Of a stretch of 64,000 bases of DNA, positions 41,166-49,499 are shown piece by piece. The translations under genes and the position numbers were made by a program. The notes under the pieces were generated by a model, which was given only the letters and a program-made list of their open reading frames with translations, was not told where the DNA came from and made no database searches. Within the stretch, counting starts at the first letter, position 1, and every line of letters starts with the position of its first letter. The stretch lies in the IMG/VR virus record IMGVR_UViG_3300030098_004828, positions 181,647 to 245,646 of that record. The stretch is one strand, 5' to 3'.

Positions 41166-44100
41166 ATGAAGTCCTTTATAAGACATAGTCTAATATGGAT
41201 TGTGTTATTCCTGTGTTCTACAGTGAATGCTCAATCCATAGACTCTTGGATAGAGATAGAATTTCAATTTGATAATTATGCAGAAGAAGTATCATGGAGT
41301 TTATATAATTCCACTGATACTATTTCTATTGATACAGGTTTTTACACAGCAGGTCAACCTAATGCATATGAATTTATAGAATTAGATTCAGGAGATTATA
41401 CATTTCAATTAATGGATTCATGGGGTGATGGTTTATCATGGCCTCAAGATGGTTATTGTTTAATATCCAACGAGTGTCAAGATACTCTATTTTATGCATC
41501 AGGTAATTATGGTTTAGGTTTAATTGAATCTCTTACAATTGCTCCATGTGCTCCTCCAGAGCCTGCAGTAATTGATTGTATGGATGAAAACGCAACAAAT
41601 TATAATTCAGATGCTGATGTAAATGATCAGTCTTTATGTGAATATCCACCATGTGAAGGTTGGGGTGAACCTTTTGTAGATCAGATATGTGATGGTGGTC
41701 AAGCACTTCTTTATTGGAATTGGGAAGCTTCAGATAATCCTAATTGCAATGTAATTCAAATAACTTATAGCGGTGAAAATACTAACTCTTATAACTTTGA
41801 TGTTAATATAGACAATGGTATATGGGGTGTTTATACTGGCAATGGTCAGATGCCTCCTAATTGGGAAGAAGAATATTCATTCCAAGCAATGTTTGCTGAT
41901 AGTACTATGTCAGATACTTTAACGTATACACCATATCCGTGTACACAAGGATGTACAAATGATGATGCTCCTAATTATAATCCATGGGCTACAGTAGACG
42001 ATGGGTCATGTGGAGGTCAAGCATGTGATGTAGGATATACTTCTATAACAATAGATATAACTTTAGATAATTGGCCAAGTGAAACAGGTTGGTCATTAAT
42101 TAGTGGTGGTGTAATAGATGAACACATTGATGGAGATTATAATTATCAAGATATAGGTCAAACATTTTCATATTCTTACTGTGTAATGGAAGCCGGATTT
42201 GAATTTATTATATCAGATACATATGGTGATGGTTTAGCTGGTTCAACTACAGGCGGAGATCTGGATGGAGATGTTCTTATTAGAGGTTGTAATGGAGATA
42301 CAATAACTCAATTATCTAACGGTAATTGGTTAAACGCAGCTCAAGAAAATGTAGGTGTTGGTTTTGGTAGTGTAGCATATTCAGGATGGCAACAAGCTAT
42401 TATATGTGAAACAAATGATGTTGCAGGATGTACTAATCCAATATATCAAGAATTTAATCCAGAAGCTGTTATAGATGACGGCTCATGTGTTACAGAACAT
42501 ATATATGGTTGTATAAATGAAAATGCATTTAACTATGATGAAAATGCAACAGCAATGGATATATATCCTAACTGTAATTATGAACTGTGGATAGGAGATG
42601 CAGCTGCTGATGGTTGGGGTAATTCATTCTTAGGAGTTGTACAAGGTGACAATCAATGGACATTTACAATGGGTCCAGGAGAATATGAACAAACTTTTCC
42701 TATTTGGTTAGAGACAGATAAACCTGTAAAAATATTTTACTTTGAGGTAGGTGGAGCACAAACTCCTCCAGAAGAAGTGGCTTTTCAAACACTACATAAT
42801 TCGTTTAAATTAACTAATGCTGATGATGTTATATTAATGTATGAAGGATGGAATCCTTTTGCAAACAATGGTCAAGGTGCACTTCAAGCTTTTGAACCTC
42901 CATTCTTTCAAACATATCAAGCAATGCCTTTCTGTGGTACACTTTGTATCCCTACAGTGGAAGGTTGTTTAGATGCTACAGCACTAAACTATAATGAAGA
43001 AGCTAATACAGATGACGGTAGTTGTATAGAGATTATAGAAGGTTGTACTAATGAATTAGCTTTTAACTATGATGAAGAAGCTAACTATGATGACGGGTCA
43101 TGTGAAGCTGTAGTTGTTGGATGCATGGATGAGATAGCATGGAACTACAATGAGGATGCTAATACAGATGGTGGTGATTGTATATACTTAGGTTGTACTG
43201 ATTCTTCAGCATGTAATTTTAATCCAAATGCAAATGCAGATAGTGGAGGGTGTACTTATGCTGATCAGTATTATAACTGCAGTGATGTATGTATAAATGA
43301 TGCTGACTCAGATGGAATTTGTGATGAACTTGAAATACTAGGATGTACTAGTGTAGCTGCTATTAACTATATGCCGGAAGCAACTGATGATGATGGTAGT
43401 TGTGTTGGTATAGTATATGGCTGTACAGACCCTACTGCTTTTAATTATGACGCTACAGCTAATACAGACAATGGTTCATGTGTGCCTGTAATATACGGGT
43501 GTATAGATAGTACAGCATTTAACTATGATCCAGCTGCTAATACAGATAATGGAACTTGTGTAGAATTTGTATACGGTTGTACTGATACTACAGCTCTTAA
43601 CTTTGATCCATTAGCAAATACATTAGATAACTCTTGTTGTTATCTTGGAGGATGTATGGATTCTACTGCATTAAACTATGATGAAGATGCTTGTTTTGAT
43701 GATGGTAGTTGTATAGTTATAATAGAAGGATGTGCAGATCCTAATGCATACAACTATAATCCGCTAGTTAATTTACCAGACAATAGTACGTGTCTTTATG
43801 ATGCAGGTTGTTATAGTGGACCTGGTGAACCTTATTGGTTAAATGATCCTTGCTATGCTTGGGTTATAGATATAGATAGTTATTGTTGTACAGAAATTTG
43901 GGATGAGACTTGTCAGTCTATGTATAACTATTGTGAAGATGGCTGGCCTGTTGATTTAGATGAATTATCAGGTAGTGATATAATTGTATACCCTAATCCT
44001 ACAGCAAATACATTTACTATAGAAACAAGATTAGATATTGATGTAGAACTATATAATATAGTAGGAGAACTTATAGAAACAGATAATATTAAAAGAATAG

Positions 44101-44186
44101 ATATATCAGATTATCCTGATGGAATATATAATTTGATTATTACATATGATAAAATAAGAATAACAAAAAAAATAATTAAACTATGA
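41166..44186 (+). CDS. T9SS (Por) type-A cargo protein with about 14 GCxDxxAxNY..DGSC repeats
   Basis: Signal peptide (..STVNA|Q). C-terminal IIVYPNP..VELYNIVGELI..IDISDYPDGIYNLII..TKKIIKL (43980-44186) is a canonical T9SS type A CTD. Confidence 0.88.
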   Translation: MKSFIRHSLIWIVLFLCSTVNAQSIDSWIEIEFQFDNYAEEVSWSLYNSTDTISIDTGFYTAGQPNAYEFIELDSGDYTFQLMDSWGDGLSWPQDGYCLISNECQDTLFYASGNYGLGLIESLTIAPCAPPEPAVIDCMDENATNYNSDADVNDQSLCEYPPCEGWGEPFVDQICDGGQALLYWNWEASDNPNCNVIQITYSGENTNSYNFDVNIDNGIWGVYTGNGQMPPNWEEEYSFQAMFADSTMSDTLTYTPYPCTQGCTNDDAPNYNPWATVDDGSCGGQACDVGYTSITIDITLDNWPSETGWSLISGGVIDEHIDGDYNYQDIGQTFSYSYCVMEAGFEFIISDTYGDGLAGSTTGGDLDGDVLIRGCNGDTITQLSNGNWLNAAQENVGVGFGSVAYSGWQQAIICETNDVAGCTNPIYQEFNPEAVIDDGSCVTEHIYGCINENAFNYDENATAMDIYPNCNYELWIGDAAADGWGNSFLGVVQGDNQWTFTMGPGEYEQTFPIWLETDKPVKIFYFEVGGAQTPPEEVAFQTLHNSFKLTNADDVILMYEGWNPFANNGQGALQAFEPPFFQTYQAMPFCGTLCIPTVEGCLDATALNYNEEANTDDGSCIEIIEGCTNELAFNYDEEANYDDGSCEAVVVGCMDEIAWNYNEDANTDGGDCIYLGCTDSSACNFNPNANADSGGCTYADQYYNCSDVCINDADSDGICDELEILGCTSVAAINYMPEATDDDGSCVGIVYGCTDPTAFNYDATANTDNGSCVPVIYGCIDSTAFNYDPAANTDNGTCVEFVYGCTDTTALNFDPLANTLDNSCCYLGGCMDSTALNYDEDACFDDGSCIVIIEGCADPNAYNYNPLVNLPDNSTCLYDAGCYSGPGEPYWLNDPCYAWVIDIDSYCCTEIWDETCQSMYNYCEDGWPVDLDELSGSDIIVYPNPTANTFTIETRLDIDVELYNIVGELIETDNIKRIDISDYPDGIYNLIITYDKIRITKKIIKL
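42960..43800 (+). repeat. Coding tandem array of about 27-aa Cys/Asp/Asn repeats (GC[TM]D..A.NY...A..DDGSC)
   Basis: Ten copies in this interval, four more upstream in the same ORF. Divergent at DNA level. Confidence 0.85.
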
Positions 44187-44374
44187 AATATTTAGCAGCA
44201 TTGTGGGTTTTAGTAATTGTAGGTTGCGGATTATTTAATCCTGCAAAATATAATCCTAATCCAAGACCAGTAGTAGAAGAGTGTTGTGCTAAAGATTCAA
44301 TAAGAATTGATACAATAAGATTAACAAATGGTGTTGATCATATTATTATGTTAGATACAGTAAAAATTAAATAA
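44183..44374 (+). CDS. Small lipoprotein (63 aa)
   Basis: MK, hydrophobic core, lipobox IVG|C at residue 15. Overlaps the T9SS gene stop (ATGA). Confidence 0.65.
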   Translation: MKYLAALWVLVIVGCGLFNPAKYNPNPRPVVEECCAKDSIRIDTIRLTNGVDHIIMLDTVKIK

Positions 44375-44385
44375 AATTTAAAATT

Positions 44386-44637
44386 ATGCCACAAGGAAAA
44401 GGAACTTATGGGTCTCAAGTAGGTAGACCAAGAAAAACACAAAAAGGAGGTGCTTCTTGTTCATTAAAAGTTAAAGGTGTAAACATTTGTTCATTAACCA
44501 AAAGACAACAAACTTCATTGCAAAAACATGCAGAACATCATACTAAAAAACATATTCAAGCTATGGTAAACGCAATGAACAATGGTGCTAGTTTTACTCA
44601 ATCACATAAAGATGCAATGCAAAAAGTAGGAAAATGA
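44386..44637 (+). CDS. Small basic protein: MPQGKGTYGSQVGRP module fused via QKGG to a LTKRQ..KHAEHH..KH module
   Basis: Both halves resemble recurrent small basic proteins of aquatic phages. Confidence 0.6.
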   Translation: MPQGKGTYGSQVGRPRKTQKGGASCSLKVKGVNICSLTKRQQTSLQKHAEHHTKKHIQAMVNAMNNGASFTQSHKDAMQKVGK

Positions 44638-45692
44638 GAATAATTTTATACATATTATTACTTTTATCATTTACGATAAATGCACAAGAAGAAAGTAAAT
44701 TTAAAAAAGAACTTAAAAAAACTTTTAAATTTTCTACATTCTATGCTGCAGTAAATGGTGGTACTTCTATTTCAGATCAAAATGTATATTCTGTATTAGA
44801 TCAACTTCAAACCGATGTAATAGAAACTCCATTTGATTACGCACTAACTCTAGGTGTAAGAAAGATACAAAGATTTGGATACGAAAACAAGGCTAACACA
44901 TTCAAAGACGGTACAGAAACTTCATACTCTGATGCCGCTACAATAGGACGAACTAAAGGATTTGAGTTTTTATTTGAGATGGATTACCAAAGAAGATTTG
45001 GTGATACATATATAGATCAGAATCACTTTCTACGATACTTAGCAGATAAATGGGTTGTTAAGGTGGAGTATTTACAAGATGGCTTTGCTGATGTAGAATA
45101 CATGGAAGCATCACAACGATATAGACAAAAGATAGGTAAGAGATTTTCACTTACTGCAGGGACAGCACAAAGGATCTCCGAACCTTATGGATTTGATCCG
45201 TTAGCTCAGTGGTTGTTATCCAACGGGAACTTACACTACACAAACCTTGCTTTAGAGGAAGGCTACTCAATTGGTTTTGCACCAACAGGAATAGAATACT
45301 TAGACCCTAGTGGAGCGGTCGTGGCTACAAGCAGTGAAGTTTGGGAAGAGGTGGTAATACCGCAAATGCTTGATGACTATGTTAAAGCAAGTAAAGATGC
45401 ATTACCAGTACAATGGTGTCACTCTTTAGTAATTGGCTTTGACTATTATTACTATACAAAAAAGATCTGGTTACACTCATGGGGTAATGTGCTTCCTGTT
45501 CATCTTAACACAGGAGGAGAATACTCATATCACAATTTTAATAATGGTAATTGGATAGATTATTCTGGTGGTTTAATATTTGGATATAAGATCAATAAGA
45601 ACTTAGGTATCTTTGTTGAGGGTAAATATAACAAATATTGGAATAGAAACTGGCATGATTTCAAGTTTGGAATAAATTATATTATTCTTTAG
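44634..45692 (+). CDS. Outer-membrane beta-barrel protein, Bacteroidota type (352 aa)
   Basis: Sec signal (..FTINA|Q), alternating aromatic strands and a terminal strand WHDFKFGINYIIL. Confidence 0.7.
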   Translation: MRIILYILLLLSFTINAQEESKFKKELKKTFKFSTFYAAVNGGTSISDQNVYSVLDQLQTDVIETPFDYALTLGVRKIQRFGYENKANTFKDGTETSYSDAATIGRTKGFEFLFEMDYQRRFGDTYIDQNHFLRYLADKWVVKVEYLQDGFADVEYMEASQRYRQKIGKRFSLTAGTAQRISEPYGFDPLAQWLLSNGNLHYTNLALEEGYSIGFAPTGIEYLDPSGAVVATSSEVWEEVVIPQMLDDYVKASKDALPVQWCHSLVIGFDYYYYTKKIWLHSWGNVLPVHLNTGGEYSYHNFNNGNWIDYSGGLIFGYKINKNLGIFVEGKYNKYWNRNWHDFKFGINYIIL

Positions 45693-45706
45693 ATTTTCCT
45701 ATTTTT

Positions 45707-45718
45707 TTTGTATATTAT
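45707..45718 (+). promoter_or_regulatory. Putative late promoter TTTGTATATTAT
   Basis: Intergenic copy of the repeated motif. Confidence 0.55.
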
Positions 45719-45741
45719 TATATAACCAAAACCGTAAACAT

Positions 45742-45891
45742 ATGAACTGGATAAACAGTTGGCGTGAAGGTAACAAAAAGAATATTGTTGATTTCACAGT
45801 AAGATTTGGGGTATTTACCCTATTTGAATTAAAATGGAACCCTGGTGTAAACTTTAGGTTCTTAATATTAAACTTTGGATTTGAAATATAA
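45742..45891 (+). CDS. 49-aa protein MNWINSWREGNKKNIVDFTVRFGVFTLFELKWNPGVNFRFLILNFGFEI
   Basis: Hand translation; downstream of the promoter motif; amphipathic beta pattern. Confidence 0.6.
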   Translation: MNWINSWREGNKKNIVDFTVRFGVFTLFELKWNPGVNFRFLILNFGFEI

Positions 45892-45962
45892 TGTGTCCTT
45901 GTCCAATATGTATAATAGCAGCAGTTTTTGCTGTTGTTACAGTAAAATTAATTAAAAAGTAA
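45891..45962 (+). CDS. 23-aa membrane micro-protein MCPCPICIIAAVFAVVTVKLIKK
   Basis: TAATG-coupled to the previous ORF; CxCxxC, a TM helix and a basic tail. Confidence 0.45.
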   Translation: MCPCPICIIAAVFAVVTVKLIKK

Positions 45963-45967
45963 TATAA

Positions 45968-46330
45968 ATGGCAACATTAAACACAACAGTTAAATTAGAG
46001 ACATCTTCTTCAGTAGCAGGTGTGTTAAAATTAGATTTTACTAATACACAACCTTTTACAATTGGAGATGTTGCTGGTGATGATCTTACTGTTAATGCAT
46101 TAACTTCTCTTGTAGCAACTGGATATGGTGCTACAGCTTATGTTTATGTAGTGAATACAGCAAGTGATGCTGCACATACAATAGCATTAATGACTGATGC
46201 TGGTGTACAATGGGGTACTTTAGAAGCCGGTGAATGGGGATTTTTTGCAATTCCTAATGGAACAGGATTTAAAGTACAAGCTGATGCTGGAGTACCTGTG
46301 CTTAATTATGTTATAATGAAAAAAGCATAA
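45968..46330 (+). CDS. Small beta-rich putative virion protein, paralog 3
   Basis: AYVYVVNT..GTLEAGEWGFFAIP. Confidence 0.55.
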   Translation: MATLNTTVKLETSSSVAGVLKLDFTNTQPFTIGDVAGDDLTVNALTSLVATGYGATAYVYVVNTASDAAHTIALMTDAGVQWGTLEAGEWGFFAIPNGTGFKVQADAGVPVLNYVIMKKA

Positions 46331-46334
46331 ACCA

Positions 46335-46595
46335 ATGTTTAAAGGATTAAAAAATATAAAAGTCACTGATACGAGAACTCAGATGACTTTTTGTGCAAGT
46401 TGTAAAACTTGTCCAGCTATAGATATCTCAACTGAATCTGACAAAGTAATTGTTGGAGGTGATGATGAAGGATATACTGAATTTACAAAAGATCAATTTG
46501 CTCTTTTTGTAAAGACAGTTAAAGCTGGAACTTATGATAAATATTTACCAGAAGAAGGAGCAGATCTTAATGAGGACGTTCCTTTTGGAGACTAA
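46335..46595 (+). CDS. Small protein with DUF397-like pattern
   Basis: CASCKTCPAIDI..VIVG..EFTKDQFALFVKTVKAGTYD resembles the C..V..VRD..F..W..F..VK.G pattern. Confidence 0.35.
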   Translation: MFKGLKNIKVTDTRTQMTFCASCKTCPAIDISTESDKVIVGGDDEGYTEFTKDQFALFVKTVKAGTYDKYLPEEGADLNEDVPFGD

Positions 46596-46612
46596 TTTAA
46601 AAATAAAAAGTT

Positions 46613-47257
46613 ATGCCACAATTAGGAAATAAAAAATATTCATATGACGCAGATGGAATGCGTGAATATATAAAAGATAAAAATGCTATATCTAAAGCTA
46701 TGTATGGTAGATCTCATTTTCCAATAGATGAAGCTAAAAATGGTGGTGATGATAAGAAATATAAAAAAGGTGATGATATTTTAGAGCACCTTAATATACA
46801 TAGTTCAGATAGAACAGATAAAGGTGGTAAACCTGGTGATATAGATGGGGACGGTATTCCTGAAAACTATGTAGATAGTGATAAAAGAAAAGGTAATTTA
46901 AAACAAACTGGTTGGAGAAGATATCTAGATAAAAATGCTGGTGTTGATTTAGAATTACTTGCAGATGATTTAAAAACAGGAAACTATAAAGGTAAAAGAG
47001 AGGGTCATAAATCTGCTCTTGATAAATATTTTGGATTTTTTAATAAGCAGACAGCAAAGGTGTTTAATGCAATAGATAAAATGCAAAATAAACCTCCAAA
47101 ATATTCTAATGAAGAAATAGAAAACATGACTGGTGGTCTTTCAGGAGAAGGTTTAGGAAGACAGTTTTTAAGTAATGGTGGCCGAGTCAAAGGAATAAAT
47201 GGTGCAAAAAATATGAACGTTCCTGGAATGATAAAGGGAACGTTTAACGGTAAATAG
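46613..47257 (+). CDS. Basic protein with C-terminal PGMIKG tag
   Basis: Ends LSNGG-RVKG..VPGMIKGTFNGK; internal DIDGDGIPE loop. Confidence 0.7.
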   Translation: MPQLGNKKYSYDADGMREYIKDKNAISKAMYGRSHFPIDEAKNGGDDKKYKKGDDILEHLNIHSSDRTDKGGKPGDIDGDGIPENYVDSDKRKGNLKQTGWRRYLDKNAGVDLELLADDLKTGNYKGKREGHKSALDKYFGFFNKQTAKVFNAIDKMQNKPPKYSNEEIENMTGGLSGEGLGRQFLSNGGRVKGINGAKNMNVPGMIKGTFNGK

Positions 47258-47286
47258 TAATTAATTAATTTTAAAAATAAATAGTC

Positions 47287-48513
47287 ATGGCAAATGGTGT
47301 AACAAAAATGAGTAAAACAGACGATAAATCTAAAAAAAAGAAAACTAGATTTACAGGTCAAGGTAATAAAGGTGGAAAAGGTAAATTTAAAACTACTAAA
47401 GAATCTGGACAACAAGGTATAAATAAAGCAGGGTTTTTAGGACCTTTAAATCCTTTTAGAAAGAAAATTAAAAATGAAGACGGTTCAACAACTACTTATA
47501 ACAGAATTACCGGTAAGAAAATAAAAACAAAAGGTAAAGATGCAGATGGTAATACTTATAAAATAAAGTATAAAGGTAAAGATGGTAATATATCTAAGAT
47601 CAAACAAAAAGATTCTAAAGTAAAGTATGACAAGAAAACAGGTAATATTAGAAAAACAAAAGTTACTGTTAGAGATGAAGATGGTAAAAGAACTGGTACT
47701 GAAAAAAATAAATTTGATAAAGACGGAAATCTTAAAAAATACAAAAAAACAAGAGGAATTTTTAAAAGATCTGAAAAAATTAAGTTTAAAAAAGATGATG
47801 AAACTGGTGCTAATATAATCAGAAAACAAAAAAATGTTAAAGCTAAAACAGGTCCAGGAGGTCAAATGACTGGTGATTTAGAAAGCTCTCCGGGTTACAA
47901 GTATAAAGTTAAAAAGAAAGGTGACGGTATACAAGTAAAAGAAAAAGGTGTTGATGTAGAAACTGGATGGGGTACTACTAAAAAAGGTACTAAGAAAACA
48001 CGATATGATGCTGATGGCAATCAAATAAGTGTTAAGACTAGACCAGGTGGTCTTCATACATCTACAACAAAAAAAGGTGATGGAAGTAAGTTTGAACCTA
48101 AAGGAAACTTTAGTGATGTACAATCACCTGAGACTCAAACTGAAACTCAAACTGAGACTCAGAATCAAACTGATACAAACACTGATACAAATACAAATAC
48201 TGATACAAATACAGATACTAAAAAAGACTCTACTTATGGAAGTAAGCGAGCTGAATATGCTGGTCAAAATATATCAGATGCACAGTTTGTTGAAAAAGAT
48301 GGTAAGAAAAATCTTAGATCTTATAAAGAAGTTTGGAAGACTGATAAAGCTACTAGAGATAAGTATGGTAACAAGTATGATGACTATGTTAAAGATGCTG
48401 AATCTTACTGGAAGAAAAAAGGACTTAGTAGAGGTGGTGAAAGACGTTTAGGCGGGGCTATAACAGGTCAAGCTAGATATGGTGGATCTATGGGACCACA
48501 AGGTATATTATAA
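47287..48513 (+). CDS. Very Lys-rich beta-hairpin repeat protein with C-terminal GPQGIL tag (408 aa)
   Basis: Repeated K.K.D.DG hairpins, a Thr-x spacer and a YKE.W..DYV..AE module; ends ARYGG-SMGPQGIL. Confidence 0.7.
   Translation: MANGVTKMSKTDDKSKKKKTRFTGQGNKGGKGKFKTTKESGQQGINKAGFLGPLNPFRKKIKNEDGSTTTYNRITGKKIKTKGKDADGNTYKIKYKGKDGNISKIKQKDSKVKYDKKTGNIRKTKVTVRDEDGKRTGTEKNKFDKDGNLKKYKKTRGIFKRSEKIKFKKDDETGANIIRKQKNVKAKTGPGGQMTGDLESSPGYKYKVKKKGDGIQVKEKGVDVETGWGTTKKGTKKTRYDADGNQISVKTRPGGLHTSTTKKGDGSKFEPKGNFSDVQSPETQTETQTETQNQTDTNTDTNTNTDTNTDTKKDSTYGSKRAEYAGQNISDAQFVEKDGKKNLRSYKEVWKTDKATRDKYGNKYDDYVKDAESYWKKKGLSRGGERRLGGAITGQARYGGSMGPQGIL
48130..48219 (+). repeat. Coding low-complexity repeat ETQTETQTETQNQTDTNTDTNTNTDTNTDT
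   Basis: Imperfect 6/12-nt tandem units (actgaaactcaa / actgatacaaat). Confidence 0.85.
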
Positions 48514-48698
48514 TGGTTGGTGTTTTACTAGCACGTTTATTGGGGAAGCCTTACATAAAAAGTCAGGTTCCCCCTCCTACAAAATATCAAGCTCCTGTGG
48601 GGCGAGATAATTACCTAGGAATAGGTACTATGAAAATAAAAAAGGGTGGTAGTATATGTAGATCTGGTTGTGCTGTAGGACCTAATAATGTTTTATAA
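48513..48698 (+). CDS. 61-aa protein with C-terminal GPNNVL tag
   Basis: Ends IKKGG-SICRSGCAVGPNNVL; TAATG-coupled to the previous gene. Confidence 0.65.
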   Translation: MVGVLLARLLGKPYIKSQVPPPTKYQAPVGRDNYLGIGTMKIKKGGSICRSGCAVGPNNVL

Positions 48699-48699
48699 T

Positions 48700-49080
48700 A
48701 TGGATGAGAAAAAATTACAAATGTATATGAAGATGATCCTGCAAGGGAACATTCCTTTTGCTCCACCTAAAAGTCCTGAATGGGAGATGGCTGAAAAGAC
48801 AATCTTTAAACAACAGGAAGGTGAAAAGAAAAATTTAGATCTAAAACTTGATACAGAACAGCTTACTAATAAAGCAGATTCTTTATTTAAAGTAGTGACA
48901 AATGAATTAAAAAAGATTAATATTGATAATGGCGGGTGTTTTCCTGGTAAAATAGATATTAAAGATGGTACAAGGTTTCCTGGAGGATGTTTTCCAAGTA
49001 CTAAAAGTACAAAACCTTTAGGCGGCATAATTATAGCCAAAAAAAGAGGAGGCGCAGTAGGGCGCAATGGGGTTTTATAA
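48700..49080 (+). CDS. 126-aa protein with C-terminal GRNGVL tag
   Basis: Ends KPLGG-IIIAKKRGG-AVGRNGVL; two GGCFP repeats. ATG 48700 is preferred over the track's 48688. Confidence 0.65.
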   Translation: MDEKKLQMYMKMILQGNIPFAPPKSPEWEMAEKTIFKQQEGEKKNLDLKLDTEQLTNKADSLFKVVTNELKKINIDNGGCFPGKIDIKDGTRFPGGCFPSTKSTKPLGGIIIAKKRGGAVGRNGVL

Positions 49081-49095
49081 ACTAAAAATTAAAAT

Positions 49096-49497
49096 ATGGG
49101 AGTATTAAATAAATTATTCTCTGGAGGAGCTAGTAAACTAGTTGAATCAGTAGGTGGTGTTATAGATAATTTAGTGACGACAGATGAGGAAAAGCTTGAT
49201 GCAAAGAGAAAGCTAAAAGAACTAATCATGAACCATGAGGTTCAGATGGAAAAAAATATAACTGACCGTTGGACTGCAGATATGAATTCTGACAGTTGGT
49301 TAAGTAAAAATGTAAGACCTATGGTCCTCATTTTTTTAATTGTTTGTACTATGATATTAATCTTTATTGATGCTGGTACAATTAAATTTGAAGTAGAAGA
49401 AAAATGGACAGATTTATTACAGTTAGTACTGATCACTGTAATAGGTGCTTATTTTGGAGGAAGATCAGTAGAAAAGTTTAATAAAAAAAAGAAATAG
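49096..49497 (+). CDS. Holin, 3TM (GTA-holin/DUF3154-like)
   Basis: IDNLVTTDEEK..DSWLSKNVRP..TM..GAYFGGRS.EK is the family signature. Confidence 0.85.
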   Translation: MGVLNKLFSGGASKLVESVGGVIDNLVTTDEEKLDAKRKLKELIMNHEVQMEKNITDRWTADMNSDSWLSKNVRPMVLIFLIVCTMILIFIDAGTIKFEVEEKWTDLLQLVLITVIGAYFGGRSVEKFNKKKK

Positions 49498-49499
49498 TT

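Noticed and set aside
42960-48219. CRISPR array or DGR template/variable repeats
   Set aside because: The repeats are in-frame coding repeats that diverge at synonymous sites. There is no constant repeat with unique spacers, no adenine-specific mismatch pair and no reverse transcriptase or cas gene.
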